Assembly: GCA_910577275.1 (NCBI GenBank)
Contig: CAJTMW010000002.1
Location: 70,148 to 134,147 of the forward strand
Length of the DNA: 64,000 nt
DNA from: an uncultured Lachnospiraceae bacterium
Lineage (GTDB): Bacteria > Bacillota > Clostridia > Lachnospirales > Lachnospiraceae
Direction: 5' to 3'
The notes under the pieces are model-generated. The model ran no database searches. It had not been told where the DNA came from and saw only the letters and a list, made by a program, of their open reading frames with translations. Positions 1 to 9,489 of this stretch are shown piece after piece; within the stretch, counting starts at the first letter, position 1, and each line of letters begins with the position of its first letter. The translations under genes were made by a program, and so were the position numbers.

Positions 1-93
1 GCAGTCGCTGATAAGGACATAGCGGCTGCGCATGTGCAGGGGCAGTACGGGCGCATTATGGAAAGCGCGGGAAAGGCGGGAATCATAGCTCAT
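1..93 (-). CDS. N-terminus of a probable calcineurin-like metallophosphoesterase (runs off window edge)
   Basis: Hand translation MSYDSRLSRAFHNAPVLPLHMRSRYVLISDC ends at the start of a metallophosphoesterase-like motif I (ISDxH). AAGGAGG RBS upstream of the ATG at 93. Confidence 0.55.
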   Translation of the reverse strand, partial: MSYDSRLSRAFHNAPVLPLHMRSRYVLISDC

Positions 94-134
94 GAGGCCT
101 CCTTAAAAAACGGGTGTTATGGTTTGAATGAAAC

Positions 135-1043
135 TTACATGCGTTTGTTTTTGCCGCATTTTTTGCACTTACAGTACCTGCGGGGCTTTAACATTCTGCG
201 GAAAGCAAAGGGCAGAAGATAGTACAGATAGAGCAGCCTATCCAGCGTACAGGTAAAATAGCGCGTGATGAAAAGATAAATGCGGCAGAAAATCCGATTG
301 GTAAACTGCGACCATTTGCGGTGCAGACGTCCGAAAAAGCCGTAATGGCGTTCGATTTCGCCGCAGAATGAAACGGAGACGGTATTTCCGCATACCCGGA
401 CGAGGTTATCCGAAATTTCAGTCTGATACAGGGCTTTCAGAAAAGCGCACCGCATCTCGTGGTCGGGGAACTGAATGGTGACAAGCAGCTCCAGTTCGCC
501 GGGGCGGGAAAACATTCCCATGAGAAAGGCGGTAAGCCACCAGGTCTTTTTGGACATGCAGGCCAGAGGCTTTCCGTCCTTTGTCAGCTTGAAGGAAACC
601 GGCAGCATCTCCCTGTCGTCCGCGCACTGAAAGAGGGCGGTTGACAGTTCGCTGTGGGATAGAAGCCGGTCCGCATGGTAAATTCCCACTTCGGCTCCGG
701 TATTGATGCCGTACTGGCCCTTCCAAAATTCTATGAGCCAGGTTTTTCCCTGATAAGGAAAATAAACGGGCAGGAAATCAAACACCATATTAAAGCGTGA
801 GGCCGCGTAATCAAACAGGGCGGTGTAACCCATTTCACGCTGCCAGGCATCATTCCGGGAGGAGATAAGGTCCTGCTTTTCGTCATAGCAATAGCCGAAA
901 GGCTCAATCAGGGAATCGAGAAGGGAAACCTTCTCCATACAGGTCATGGAGCAGACTTTTTTGACTGCGTGCCGTTTCCGGCAGCCGGAAAATATAAAAA
1001 CGAGAAGCAATGCGAAAATAACAATGCCGATTGAAAAATACAT
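135..1043 (-). CDS. DUF4474 domain membrane-anchored protein
   Basis: N-terminal TM helix; GYCYDEKQD..DAWQREMGY and EFWKGQYGINTGAEVGIY motifs recalled for DUF4474. Start moved to the ATG at 1043 (MYFSIG). Confidence 0.75.
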   Translation of the reverse strand: MYFSIGIVIFALLLVFIFSGCRKRHAVKKVCSMTCMEKVSLLDSLIEPFGYCYDEKQDLISSRNDAWQREMGYTALFDYAASRFNMVFDFLPVYFPYQGKTWLIEFWKGQYGINTGAEVGIYHADRLLSHSELSTALFQCADDREMLPVSFKLTKDGKPLACMSKKTWWLTAFLMGMFSRPGELELLVTIQFPDHEMRCAFLKALYQTEISDNLVRVCGNTVSVSFCGEIERHYGFFGRLHRKWSQFTNRIFCRIYLFITRYFTCTLDRLLYLYYLLPFAFRRMLKPRRYCKCKKCGKNKRM

Positions 1044-1069
1044 AATGATATATCCTTTTGTTTTTAGTA

Positions 1070-1097
1070 TATAATATGCCTGTGGCGGTAAGGAGTG
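1070..1097 (-). promoter_or_regulatory. putative sigmaK-type sporulation promoter for the DUF4474 gene
   Basis: Minus strand reads CAC-N16-CATATTATA, matching the sigK consensus AC-N16-CATANNNTA. Confidence 0.4.
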
Positions 1098-1154
1098 ATG
1101 CTTGAAAAAAATAACAGAAGCAGTATAATTAAGAAAACAGGAGGTGACGAGCTT

Positions 1155-3488
1155 ATGAATATAGAAAAGGTTTTGGAGGAGCTGGATGGGCTTTTTGCAC
1201 AGCATAAGGTGGATGAGGTGGAGCCCTTTCTGCTGCAAAAAATAGACGAGGCGTCGCGGGAGGGCGATACTGCCTCCATGATTACGCTTTTAAACGAAAT
1301 CATTGGACATTACCGGGAGCTGGGCGAGTATGAAAAATCCATTGCAAGCTGCCGGGAGCTTTTGATACTGGTGGAGCAGGCGGGGCTTAAAGGGACGGTT
1401 GCCTATGCAACGACGCTGCTCAACATTGCAAACGCCTGCCGGGCTGCCGGACTTTTGCGGGAATCCATGATTTATTATCAGGAGGTGAAAAAGATTTATG
1501 AAAAGGAGCTTGCGCCGGCCGATTTCCGGTATGCCAGCCTTTACAATAACATGAGTCTTTTATTTCAGGAAATGGGCGACTATGAAAGCGCCTGCGACTG
1601 TCTTGAGAGGGCGCTTTCCATTGCCTCCATGTACACGGAGGCCAGAATCGAGGTGGCGGTGACACACACCAATCTGGCGTCTTCCCAGTTAAAGCTGGGG
1701 CGTTTACAGGAGGCAATCGAGAACTTAAACAAAGCCTTTTCCATTTTTGAGATGGATGAGGAGAAGGATTACCATTACAGCGGAGCCCTTTCCGCGATGG
1801 GGGAGGCGCAGTATCTGGCGGGAAACCTGGAGGAATCCGCCCACTATTATCAGCTTGCCCTGGAACAGATTGAGAAAAACGTGGGAAAAAGCAAGGCCTA
1901 TGAGCTTACATTGCAGAATTTAAACGCGGTAACGGCAAAAATGCATGAGCTGCCGGCCGAGGGACGGAATTTTCGGAATGGAATGGAGCTTTGCGAAGCT
2001 TTTTATGAGGAGTACGGAAAACCGATGATTCGTCAGAAATTTCCCGAATACGAGCACCTCATTGCCGTGGGTCTTGTGGGGGAAGGCTCGGAGTGCTTCG
2101 GCTTTGACGACCAGGTCTCCAGAGACCACGATTTCGGGCCGGGGTTCTGTCTGTGGCTTACCGATTCGGTGTATGATGAAATCGGGGAGCAGCTCCAGAG
2201 AGCCTATGAGGAGCTTCCTTCCACCTATATGGGAATTACGCGCTTCACCACTTTGAAGGCGCAGAAAAGGGTGGGGGTGTTCAAAATCGGAGACTTCTAT
2301 GAAAATCTGATTGGGCTGCGGGACGTTCCCAGCACTCAGAATCAATGGCTTTTCCTGGAGGATTACAGGCTGGCAACGGCCACAAACGGAAAGGTTTTCC
2401 GGGATGATTTGGGCGAATTTACCCGAATCAGGCGGGGGATTTTGGCTTATTACCCTGAGGATGTGCGAATCAGGAAAATCGCAAGGGAAGCGGCCCTGAT
2501 GGCGCAGTCCGGGCAGTACAACTATTCCAGAATGTTCGGAAGGGGCGAGCGGGTCACGGCGGTAATCGCCCTGTCGGAGTTTATGAAGCATACCATGTCC
2601 ATGGTTTATCTTTTAAACCGCGCCTATGCGCCTTTTTACAAATGGATGCACAGGGGGATGGAAGGGCTTCGGGTTTTGCCTGAAATCAGGGATATTTTAA
2701 CCTCTCTGGTGGACTTTCCGGCGGGAGACGAGAGGATTCCCCAGACCATAGAGATGATTGTGGCGCTGATTATTGCGGAGATGAAAAAACAGGGGCTTAC
2801 CAGCGGCGAGGACAATTATCTGGACAATCACACAGATAAGATATTAAGAAGCATTCCCGAGAAGGAAAGGAAGGACGATTCCTTCAAGGCGGCCCTTGTA
2901 AACGAGCTGGTTTCCCTGGAATGGGCAGCCTTTGACAAGGTGGAAAACGAAGGCGGAAGGGCCGAGTGCCAGGACGACTGGAACACCTTTTCCATTATGA
3001 GAAAGAGCCAGTACCTTGCATGGACGGAGGAAATGCTGAAAAGCTATATCCATGATTTCCATAAGGCAAATGAAAGGGGCTGGAATCTGATTACGGAGAA
3101 ATACGGGCGGATGATGGCAAGCACGGCGCCGCTTCGCTATGAGCAGATAAAGGATTCCCTTCCGAATCTTCCTGATATGAAGAAGGAAATCATCGAAGAA
3201 ATTGTAAAGATTCAGGTGGGATGGATGGAGGAATTCGCGGAAAGCTATCCAAAGGCGGCAGGCAATGCGAGGAGCATCCACACGTCGGAGGATACGCCCT
3301 TTAACACCTCCTATGAAACCTATCTGCGGGGAGAGCTGTCCACCTATTCGGATGCCACGCTGGATTTATACGGAAGGTTTATCGCCCGTCTTTATAAGGA
3401 GGGGGAAAACCTTGCCAGAATCATTATGACAAACACAGCGCATCTTTACGGGTACGAATCCCTTGAGGTGCTGGAGGAGAAGCTGTAG
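1155..3488 (+). CDS. TPR-repeat / DUF4037 (nucleotidyltransferase-like) / DUF4125 fusion protein
   Basis: TPR helices in the N-terminal third; central VGEGSECFGFDDQVSRDHDFGPG motif; C-terminal EWAAFDKV.NEGGRAECQDD..RNLITEKY-like and TSYETYLRGELSTYS segments. GGAGGTG RBS before the ATG at 1155. Confidence 0.8.
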   Translation: MNIEKVLEELDGLFAQHKVDEVEPFLLQKIDEASREGDTASMITLLNEIIGHYRELGEYEKSIASCRELLILVEQAGLKGTVAYATTLLNIANACRAAGLLRESMIYYQEVKKIYEKELAPADFRYASLYNNMSLLFQEMGDYESACDCLERALSIASMYTEARIEVAVTHTNLASSQLKLGRLQEAIENLNKAFSIFEMDEEKDYHYSGALSAMGEAQYLAGNLEESAHYYQLALEQIEKNVGKSKAYELTLQNLNAVTAKMHELPAEGRNFRNGMELCEAFYEEYGKPMIRQKFPEYEHLIAVGLVGEGSECFGFDDQVSRDHDFGPGFCLWLTDSVYDEIGEQLQRAYEELPSTYMGITRFTTLKAQKRVGVFKIGDFYENLIGLRDVPSTQNQWLFLEDYRLATATNGKVFRDDLGEFTRIRRGILAYYPEDVRIRKIAREAALMAQSGQYNYSRMFGRGERVTAVIALSEFMKHTMSMVYLLNRAYAPFYKWMHRGMEGLRVLPEIRDILTSLVDFPAGDERIPQTIEMIVALIIAEMKKQGLTSGEDNYLDNHTDKILRSIPEKERKDDSFKAALVNELVSLEWAAFDKVENEGGRAECQDDWNTFSIMRKSQYLAWTEEMLKSYIHDFHKANERGWNLITEKYGRMMASTAPLRYEQIKDSLPNLPDMKKEIIEEIVKIQVGWMEEFAESYPKAAGNARSIHTSEDTPFNTSYETYLRGELSTYSDATLDLYGRFIARLYKEGENLARIIMTNTAHLYGYESLEVLEEKL

Positions 3489-3491
3489 CAG

Positions 3492-4856
3492 ATGGAAAAG
3501 AAAATACAAAAGTCCTACGAGATTGACATGTGTAACGGGCCTCTTTTGGGCAAAATCATGCTGTTTACGCTGCCGCTCATGCTTTCGGGGATTTTGCAGC
3601 TCCTTTTTAACGCCGCCGACGTGGTGGTGGTGGGAAGGTTCGCCGGAAACGAGGCGCTTGCGGCGGTGGGCTCTACGGGAGCCCTCACCAATCTGCTGGT
3701 AAACCTGTTTATCGGGATGTCCGTGGGGGCAAATGTGCTGGTGGCGAGATATTACGGGGGAAAGCAGGAGGAGGAGGTGAGCCGCACCGTCCACACCTCC
3801 ATGCTGGTAAGCGCGGCAGGCGGGGTAATCCTTGCGGTTCTTGGAATCGTTCTGGCAAAGCCGCTCCTGCTTCTCATGGATACGCCGGATAATGTAATTA
3901 ACCATTCGGTGCTTTATATGCGGATTTACTTTCTGGGGATGCCGGTGATGCTGATATTCAACTTTGGCAGCGCCATCCTGCGGGCGGTAGGCGATACCAG
4001 AAGACCGCTGTTTTACTTAATGATAGCGGGTGTTATTAATGTGGCGCTGAACCTCTGGTTCGTAATCGGGTTCCACATGGGGGTGGCAGGCGTGGCGCTT
4101 GCCACGGTGATTTCCCAGTGTGTGTCCACGGCGCTGATAGTAAGGAGCCTTTTGAAAAGCGAGGGGTGCCTCAGGCTCCGCCCCGAGAGGCTTCGCATGG
4201 ATTGGGAGAAGTTTGGAAAGATTGCGGCAATCGGCCTGCCGGCGGGACTGCAGGGCTCTTTGTTTTCCATTTCCAATGTGCTGATTCAGTCCTCTGTAAA
4301 TTCCTTCGGCTCTGTGGCAATGGCGGGAAATACGGCGGCAAGCAATATCGAAAGCTTTGTCTATGTGGCAATGAATTCGGTTCATCAGACGGCGGTGAGC
4401 TTTACCGGCCAGAATCTGGGCGGAAGACAGTACGACAGAATCAGAAAAATCTTAATTGAATGCCTGCTCTTTGTGACGGCTATCGGACTCGTGCTGGGAA
4501 ACGGGGCGTTTCTCCTTGGCAGGCAGTTCCTTGGATTTTATTCCACTGACCCGGAGGTGATTTCCTACGGACTGCTGAGAATGGGAATCATCTGTACCTG
4601 GTACTTCTGGTGCGGTATTATGGACGTGCTGGTGGGCAGCATCCGCGGCCTTGGCTATGCGGTGATGCCCATGATAGTTTCGCTCTTAGGCGCCTGCGCC
4701 TTCCGTGTGGTCTGGATTTACACCTTTTTTGCCTGGGACAGGACGCTTCGGACCCTTTACATATCCTACCCCATATCCTGGGCGCTGACAGCCGGGGTTC
4801 ACCTGATTTGCTTTATTGCGGTGTACCGGAGAGTCAAAGACCCCGCAGCAAGCTGA
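3492..4856 (+). CDS. MATE family efflux transporter
   Basis: 454 aa, about 12 TM segments; LQLLFNAADVVVVGRF and AILRAVGDTRRPL motifs. Confidence 0.92.
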   Translation: MEKKIQKSYEIDMCNGPLLGKIMLFTLPLMLSGILQLLFNAADVVVVGRFAGNEALAAVGSTGALTNLLVNLFIGMSVGANVLVARYYGGKQEEEVSRTVHTSMLVSAAGGVILAVLGIVLAKPLLLLMDTPDNVINHSVLYMRIYFLGMPVMLIFNFGSAILRAVGDTRRPLFYLMIAGVINVALNLWFVIGFHMGVAGVALATVISQCVSTALIVRSLLKSEGCLRLRPERLRMDWEKFGKIAAIGLPAGLQGSLFSISNVLIQSSVNSFGSVAMAGNTAASNIESFVYVAMNSVHQTAVSFTGQNLGGRQYDRIRKILIECLLFVTAIGLVLGNGAFLLGRQFLGFYSTDPEVISYGLLRMGIICTWYFWCGIMDVLVGSIRGLGYAVMPMIVSLLGACAFRVVWIYTFFAWDRTLRTLYISYPISWALTAGVHLICFIAVYRRVKDPAAS

Positions 4857-4869
4857 TGGGGTCTTGACT

Positions 4870-4923
4870 CTCGCGGCATTCGTCAAATGGATGCTTCGCA
4901 TCCGCTTGACTCATTGCTCGCGG
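4870..4923. repeat. dispersed intergenic palindromic (REP/MITE-like) repeat, family A, copy 1
   Basis: 44/54 identical to the reverse complement of 47237-47290; partial copy at 13657-13681; internal hairpin GGATGC-TTC-GCATCC. Confidence 0.7.
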
Positions 4924-4950
4924 AAGATAAAAGTAAAAAATTAACTGCCC

Positions 4951-4979
4951 CAAACGCTCTCCGAAAGGAGGGCGTTTTT
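4951..4979 (+). terminator. intrinsic terminator after the MATE gene
   Basis: AAACGCTCTCC-GAAA-GGAGGGCGTTT stem-loop ending in a T run. Confidence 0.7.
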
Positions 4980-5104
4980 CATGCGCGGGCAATGAGCCAG
5001 GCGGGAGTGCCTCTGGCAAATGACGCGTTCAGCGAGTAGGGGAAGATGAATTTTCCCCTACTCGATTGGGCGGTGGGGGAAAAGGCACCCGACAAAAATA
5101 TATA

Positions 5105-5146
5105 TTGACAATAGTGGGTATATATGATATATACAATATATACCCA
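5105..5146 (+). promoter_or_regulatory. sigmaA promoter with overlapping GntR/YtrA-type operator
   Basis: TTGACA at 5105; perfect 11-bp inverted repeat TGGGTATATAT-N10-ATATATACCCA (5115-5146) directly upstream of the GntR gene. Confidence 0.7.
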
Positions 5147-5182
5147 TTGAAAAAGGAATTCCTTTCAGTTAAGAGGTGACGA

Positions 5183-5557
5183 ATGAATATCATAATCAGT
5201 AATTCCAGCGACAAGCCGATTTACGAGCAGATTACCGCGCAAATCAAGGCTCTTGTCATGAACGGGGAGTTAAAGGAGGGCGATTTGCTCCCTTCTATGA
5301 GAACCCTTGCAAAAGAGCTCCGCATCAGCGTGATTACGACGAAGCGTGCCTATGAGGATTTGGAGAGGGACGGCTTTATCACCACGGTGGTGGGGAAGGG
5401 AAGCTTTATCCGGGCGGCGGATATCCGGTTGGTGCGGGAGGAAAAGCTAAAGCAGATAGAGGATTTGCTCTCCAAAGCAATTTTTCTGGCGCGGCAGAGC
5501 GCCATAGGCAGGGAAGAAATCGAGGAAATGATTGAAATCATTTATCAGGAGGAGTAA
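5183..5557 (+). CDS. GntR family (YtrA subfamily) transcriptional regulator
   Basis: PIYEQI...LPSMRTLAKELRISVITTKRAYEDLERDG wHTH; 124 aa; precedes an ABC transporter. Confidence 0.93.
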   Translation: MNIIISNSSDKPIYEQITAQIKALVMNGELKEGDLLPSMRTLAKELRISVITTKRAYEDLERDGFITTVVGKGSFIRAADIRLVREEKLKQIEDLLSKAIFLARQSAIGREEIEEMIEIIYQEE

Positions 5558-5590
5558 AGGCCCGTTTCAGGGCGGAAGGCAGGCAGAAGG

Positions 5591-6487
5591 ATGGAAAATG
5601 CGATTGTAGTTAAAAATCTTACGAAAAAATATGAGGGATTTACCTTAAACAATATCAGCTTTGAGGTTCCCACCGGTTCTGTTGTCGGCTTTATTGGAGA
5701 GAACGGCGCCGGGAAAAGCACCACCATACAGGCGCTTCTGGGAATCATTGTGCCTGACGGCGGCGAGGCATGGCTGTTGGGCCATAAGGTCGGCAGGAAG
5801 GAGGACGACGAATCCTGGCGGGAACAGGTGGGAGTGGTGTTCGACGAGTGCAATTTCCACTGGGAGCTGAAAATCAGACAGGTTCAGAAGATTCTGGGGG
5901 ATATTTACAGGACGTGGGACGATGAGAAATTTTTGAGGTATGCGGAAAAATTTGCGCTTCCTCTGGATAAAAAGGTGAAGGAATTGTCCAAAGGGATGAG
6001 GATGAAGCTTTCCATAGCGGCGGCTTTATCCCATGACAGCAGGGTATTGATTCTGGACGAAGCCACCAGCGGGCTCGACCCGGTTGTGAGAAGTGAAATT
6101 CTTGATATTTTCAGGGAGCTGATTGAGGACGGAGAGCATACGATTTTCATTTCCTCTCACATAACATCTGATATTGAAAAGATTTCGGACTACGTCATGC
6201 TGATTCATAAGGGGGAGCTGCTGCTTTCGGAAAATAAGGATGATATACTTTACAATTATGCCATTGTCAGATGCACAAAGCAGCAGGCGTCCCTGATACC
6301 GGAGGATATTGTTGTGGGAAGGGAAGAAGGGCAGTATGAAGTCAGCGTGCTTGTGAGAGATAAGAGGCGGCTTCTGGAAAGTAATTTTAAAGAGAAGGCG
6401 GAGCAGGCTGGTTCCGGCAGCTTTGCCATCGACAGGGCGGGCATTGAGGATGTACTGCTTTATATTGTGAAGGCAAAGGAGGCATAA
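5591..6487 (+). CDS. ABC transporter ATP-binding protein
   Basis: Walker A GENGAGKST, signature LSKGMR, Walker B ILDEATSGLD. Confidence 0.93.
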   Translation: MENAIVVKNLTKKYEGFTLNNISFEVPTGSVVGFIGENGAGKSTTIQALLGIIVPDGGEAWLLGHKVGRKEDDESWREQVGVVFDECNFHWELKIRQVQKILGDIYRTWDDEKFLRYAEKFALPLDKKVKELSKGMRMKLSIAAALSHDSRVLILDEATSGLDPVVRSEILDIFRELIEDGEHTIFISSHITSDIEKISDYVMLIHKGELLLSENKDDILYNYAIVRCTKQQASLIPEDIVVGREEGQYEVSVLVRDKRRLLESNFKEKAEQAGSGSFAIDRAGIEDVLLYIVKAKEA

Positions 6488-6491
6488 AAAA

Positions 6492-7142
6492 ATGAAGGGT
6501 CTTATTTTAAAGGAGCTGTATCTGATAAAGAGCTTTTCAAAACAATATGTATTGCTCATGGTATTGATGGGAGCCTGGTCGATTTTCGTACACAATATTT
6601 CCTTTGTGGCGATATATGTCATGGTGCTTGGCAGTTCCATGGTGCTCAGTACTACCACCATGGACGAGGCGGTATCCTTTCATAAATTTGCCGTTACCAT
6701 GCCCGTAAACGCCAGAACGCTGGTAAAATCAAAATATGTCATACTTTTTCTTACTGTAGGAGTGGGAGAACTTCTCGTGTGGCTGTTTTCTGTGGCAGCC
6801 AATCTGCTTCCGGCAGGAAGCATAGGGATGGTGGGGATAGAGGGAATGGAGGGAATGATAGTAACCGGATGTCTTTTCCTTTCGGCAAATGCCGCTTCCA
6901 TTCCGGTGATGTTTAAGGTGGGGGTGACAAAATCCCGGTATACCTATCTGATTGTCATGGTAGTCATAGGGGGAGTGATTCTGGGAGGCTATAAGGTGTC
7001 AAAACTGGCGGGGCTTTCTCTTGACGATATGCTGTCAGAGATGGAGTGGGCTCTCAACCTGACGGCAGTAATCCTTGCGGCAGTTATCGCGGCAGTTTCT
7101 TATTTCATATCTGTAAAAATCGTTCAGAAAAAAGAGTGGTAA
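6492..7142 (+). CDS. ABC-2 transporter permease
   Basis: MKGLILKE start, about 6 TM segments, TMPV..LVKSKY motif; in operon with the ATPase. Confidence 0.85.
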   Translation: MKGLILKELYLIKSFSKQYVLLMVLMGAWSIFVHNISFVAIYVMVLGSSMVLSTTTMDEAVSFHKFAVTMPVNARTLVKSKYVILFLTVGVGELLVWLFSVAANLLPAGSIGMVGIEGMEGMIVTGCLFLSANAASIPVMFKVGVTKSRYTYLIVMVVIGGVILGGYKVSKLAGLSLDDMLSEMEWALNLTAVILAAVIAAVSYFISVKIVQKKEW

Positions 7143-7247
7143 ATTTCCCATTGGCAGAGCGTCAAAAAATTGGTATAGTATAGAAGGTGGAAACCGGGGC
7201 GAAAGTCCCGGCTTTGCCGGTATTGTGACGGAAGAAAAGGAGCGCAG

Positions 7248-8084
7248 ATGGATGCAAATACTCTGTACGTCAGCGATTTGGACGGAACACTTTTAAATAC
7301 CCGGGATGAAATCAGTCCCCGCAGCCTTCGGATAATCAACAGTCTCATCGAAAAGGGAATGAAATTTACCTATGCCACCGCCCGCTCGCTTTCGTCGGCC
7401 TCGGTGGTCACAAAGGGGCTTTCTCTCCATATTCCGGTGATTATTTATAACGGCGCTTTTATCCGGGCGGCGGACACCGGAAAAACCCTGTATTCCGTGG
7501 GCTTTTCGAAAGAGGAACAGCGGTTTATGGAGGAATTTTTAAGGAAGGAAGGGCTTTCCCCGCTGGTGTATACCTTTAGGGAAGGGGAGGAAAAGGTTCT
7601 CCGGGAGGCTTCCCGCGAAAACGAGGGGATTCGGCGATATCTTTCCTGCCGGAAGGGCGATAAGCGCATGGAAGCGGTAAGGGACGGGGAAAGTATTTAT
7701 CAGGGAGATATTTTCTATTTCACCTGTATCGGGGAGCGGGAGGAGCTGGAAGGGGCGTACAGGCGTCTTTCAAAGGATAAACGGTTCCGAATAACCTTAC
7801 AGCAGGAGCTTTACCGGCCGGAATACTGGCTGGAGATTATGCCGGAGAGGACGTCAAAGGCGGCGGCCATATGTGAGCTTAGAAAGCTGTGGAATTGCGA
7901 ACGAATTGTTTCCTTCGGGGATTCTGTCAATGACCTTCCCATGTTTGCGGTTTCCGATGAGGCTTACGCCGTGGAAAACGCCGTGGAGGAGCTGAAAAGC
8001 CATGCCACGGGGATGATTCCCTCTAATGATAATGACGGGGTGGCGGAGTTTCTGGAGAAGAGATTTCGCGCGCATGGGCTGTAG
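7248..8084 (+). CDS. Cof-type HAD hydrolase
   Basis: SDLDGTLL motif I, ATAR motif II, SK and GDSVNDLPM motifs III/IV. Confidence 0.9.
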   Translation: MDANTLYVSDLDGTLLNTRDEISPRSLRIINSLIEKGMKFTYATARSLSSASVVTKGLSLHIPVIIYNGAFIRAADTGKTLYSVGFSKEEQRFMEEFLRKEGLSPLVYTFREGEEKVLREASRENEGIRRYLSCRKGDKRMEAVRDGESIYQGDIFYFTCIGEREELEGAYRRLSKDKRFRITLQQELYRPEYWLEIMPERTSKAAAICELRKLWNCERIVSFGDSVNDLPMFAVSDEAYAVENAVEELKSHATGMIPSNDNDGVAEFLEKRFRAHGL

Positions 8085-8155
8085 AACGGAAATTTGCAGA
8101 GGGGAAGCTTTCAGATTTGAAAATTGTTGGATAAAAGTTAAATGAGGACTTAATA

Positions 8156-9484
8156 ATGGAAAATATCTATCATGTGAAAAAGCTGGAAAATATCGGGGAA
8201 ATCAAGGTGCAGGTGCCGGGCTCTAAAAGTATCACGAACCGCGCGCTGCTTCTGGCTGCCCTTTCCGGTGAAAAATGCAGACTGCGGGGCGTCCTTTTTT
8301 CCGACGATTCAAGAGCCTTTCTGGAGAGCCTGATTCGGCTGGGATTCCAGGTAGATATTAACGAAGAAGAAAAGGAAGTAACCGTCCGGGGAACGGGAGG
8401 AAAAATACCGGATACCCACGGGAAAATTAATGTGAGAAGCGCCGGAACCGCCGCAAGGTTTTTGACGGTGATGCTGGCACTGGCAGGGGGAGAATACGAG
8501 CTTGACGCATCCCCTCAGATGTGCCGCCGTCCCATGGAGCCCCTTCTTCATATTTTGCAGGAGGCGGGCGTCCGGTTTGCCTTTCAGGGAGAGGAGGGGC
8601 ACTTTCCTTTTACCATGAGTTCGCCGGCGGGAGGCTTTGCGCGGGAGAATGCAGAAGAATTTTCCTTAAATGAAGTGAAAATAGACACAGGGGTGAGCAG
8701 TCAGTTCGCAAGCGCGCTGCTGATGGCGGGAGTATTGCTTCCGGGCGGCCTTACGGTGACCCTTGAAGGGGCGCGGGCGGAAAGTCCCTACATTAACATG
8801 ACCATTGCCATGATGAAGCAGTTTGGCATAGAAGTAAGGCGGGAGGGCAGGAGCTGCCATGTCCCCCATAAAGAGCTATTCGGCTGTAAGGAATACCGGA
8901 TAGAGCCGGATGTTTCCGGGGCCTGTTATTTTTACGCCATGGCGCCGCTTTTAAAAACAGATGTTATCGTAAAGGATGTGCATGAAAATTCCCTTCAGGG
9001 CGATATCCGCTTTCTGGATATTCTGGAAAGTATGGGATGCCAGAGGAAGGATACCGACGAGGGGATTCGGATATCGGGGAGCCACCTTTCGGAATATCCG
9101 GGAATAGACGTTTCCATGAGGGATTTTTCGGACCAGACCATGACGCTGGCGGCGCTTGCGCCTTTTGCAAAAGGGCCTGTTCTTATCAGGGATGTGGGCC
9201 ACATACGGCTGCAGGAGTCTGACAGAATCGCGGCCATTTTAACGGAGCTTGGCCGGATGGGAATTTCCTGCGAGGAAGCGCCGGAGTGCGGCGGGATTCG
9301 CATTTTTCCGGGGGAGGTTATGGAAGCGGAGACGGAGACCTATGAGGACCACAGGATGGCCATGGCTTTTACCCTTATCGGTCTGAAAACAGGGAAGATT
9401 GCCATTAAGAATCCGGGATGCTGCCGGAAAACCTTTGAGAATTATTTTGAGTTGATAGAGACGCTGTATGAACAGGGAAAGTAG
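8156..9484 (+). CDS. aroA: 3-phosphoshikimate 1-carboxyvinyltransferase (EPSP synthase)
   Basis: PGSKSITNRAL, SAGTAARF, SSQFASALL, QESDRI and DHRMAMAF motifs. Confidence 0.96.
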   Translation: MENIYHVKKLENIGEIKVQVPGSKSITNRALLLAALSGEKCRLRGVLFSDDSRAFLESLIRLGFQVDINEEEKEVTVRGTGGKIPDTHGKINVRSAGTAARFLTVMLALAGGEYELDASPQMCRRPMEPLLHILQEAGVRFAFQGEEGHFPFTMSSPAGGFARENAEEFSLNEVKIDTGVSSQFASALLMAGVLLPGGLTVTLEGARAESPYINMTIAMMKQFGIEVRREGRSCHVPHKELFGCKEYRIEPDVSGACYFYAMAPLLKTDVIVKDVHENSLQGDIRFLDILESMGCQRKDTDEGIRISGSHLSEYPGIDVSMRDFSDQTMTLAALAPFAKGPVLIRDVGHIRLQESDRIAAILTELGRMGISCEEAPECGGIRIFPGEVMEAETETYEDHRMAMAFTLIGLKTGKIAIKNPGCCRKTFENYFELIETLYEQGK

Positions 9485-9489
9485 TAAAA

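Noticed and set aside
7191..7215. CCGGGGC-GAAA-GTCCCGG hairpin upstream of the HAD gene as a riboswitch
   Set aside because: A single hairpin with no recognisable aptamer consensus or expression platform.
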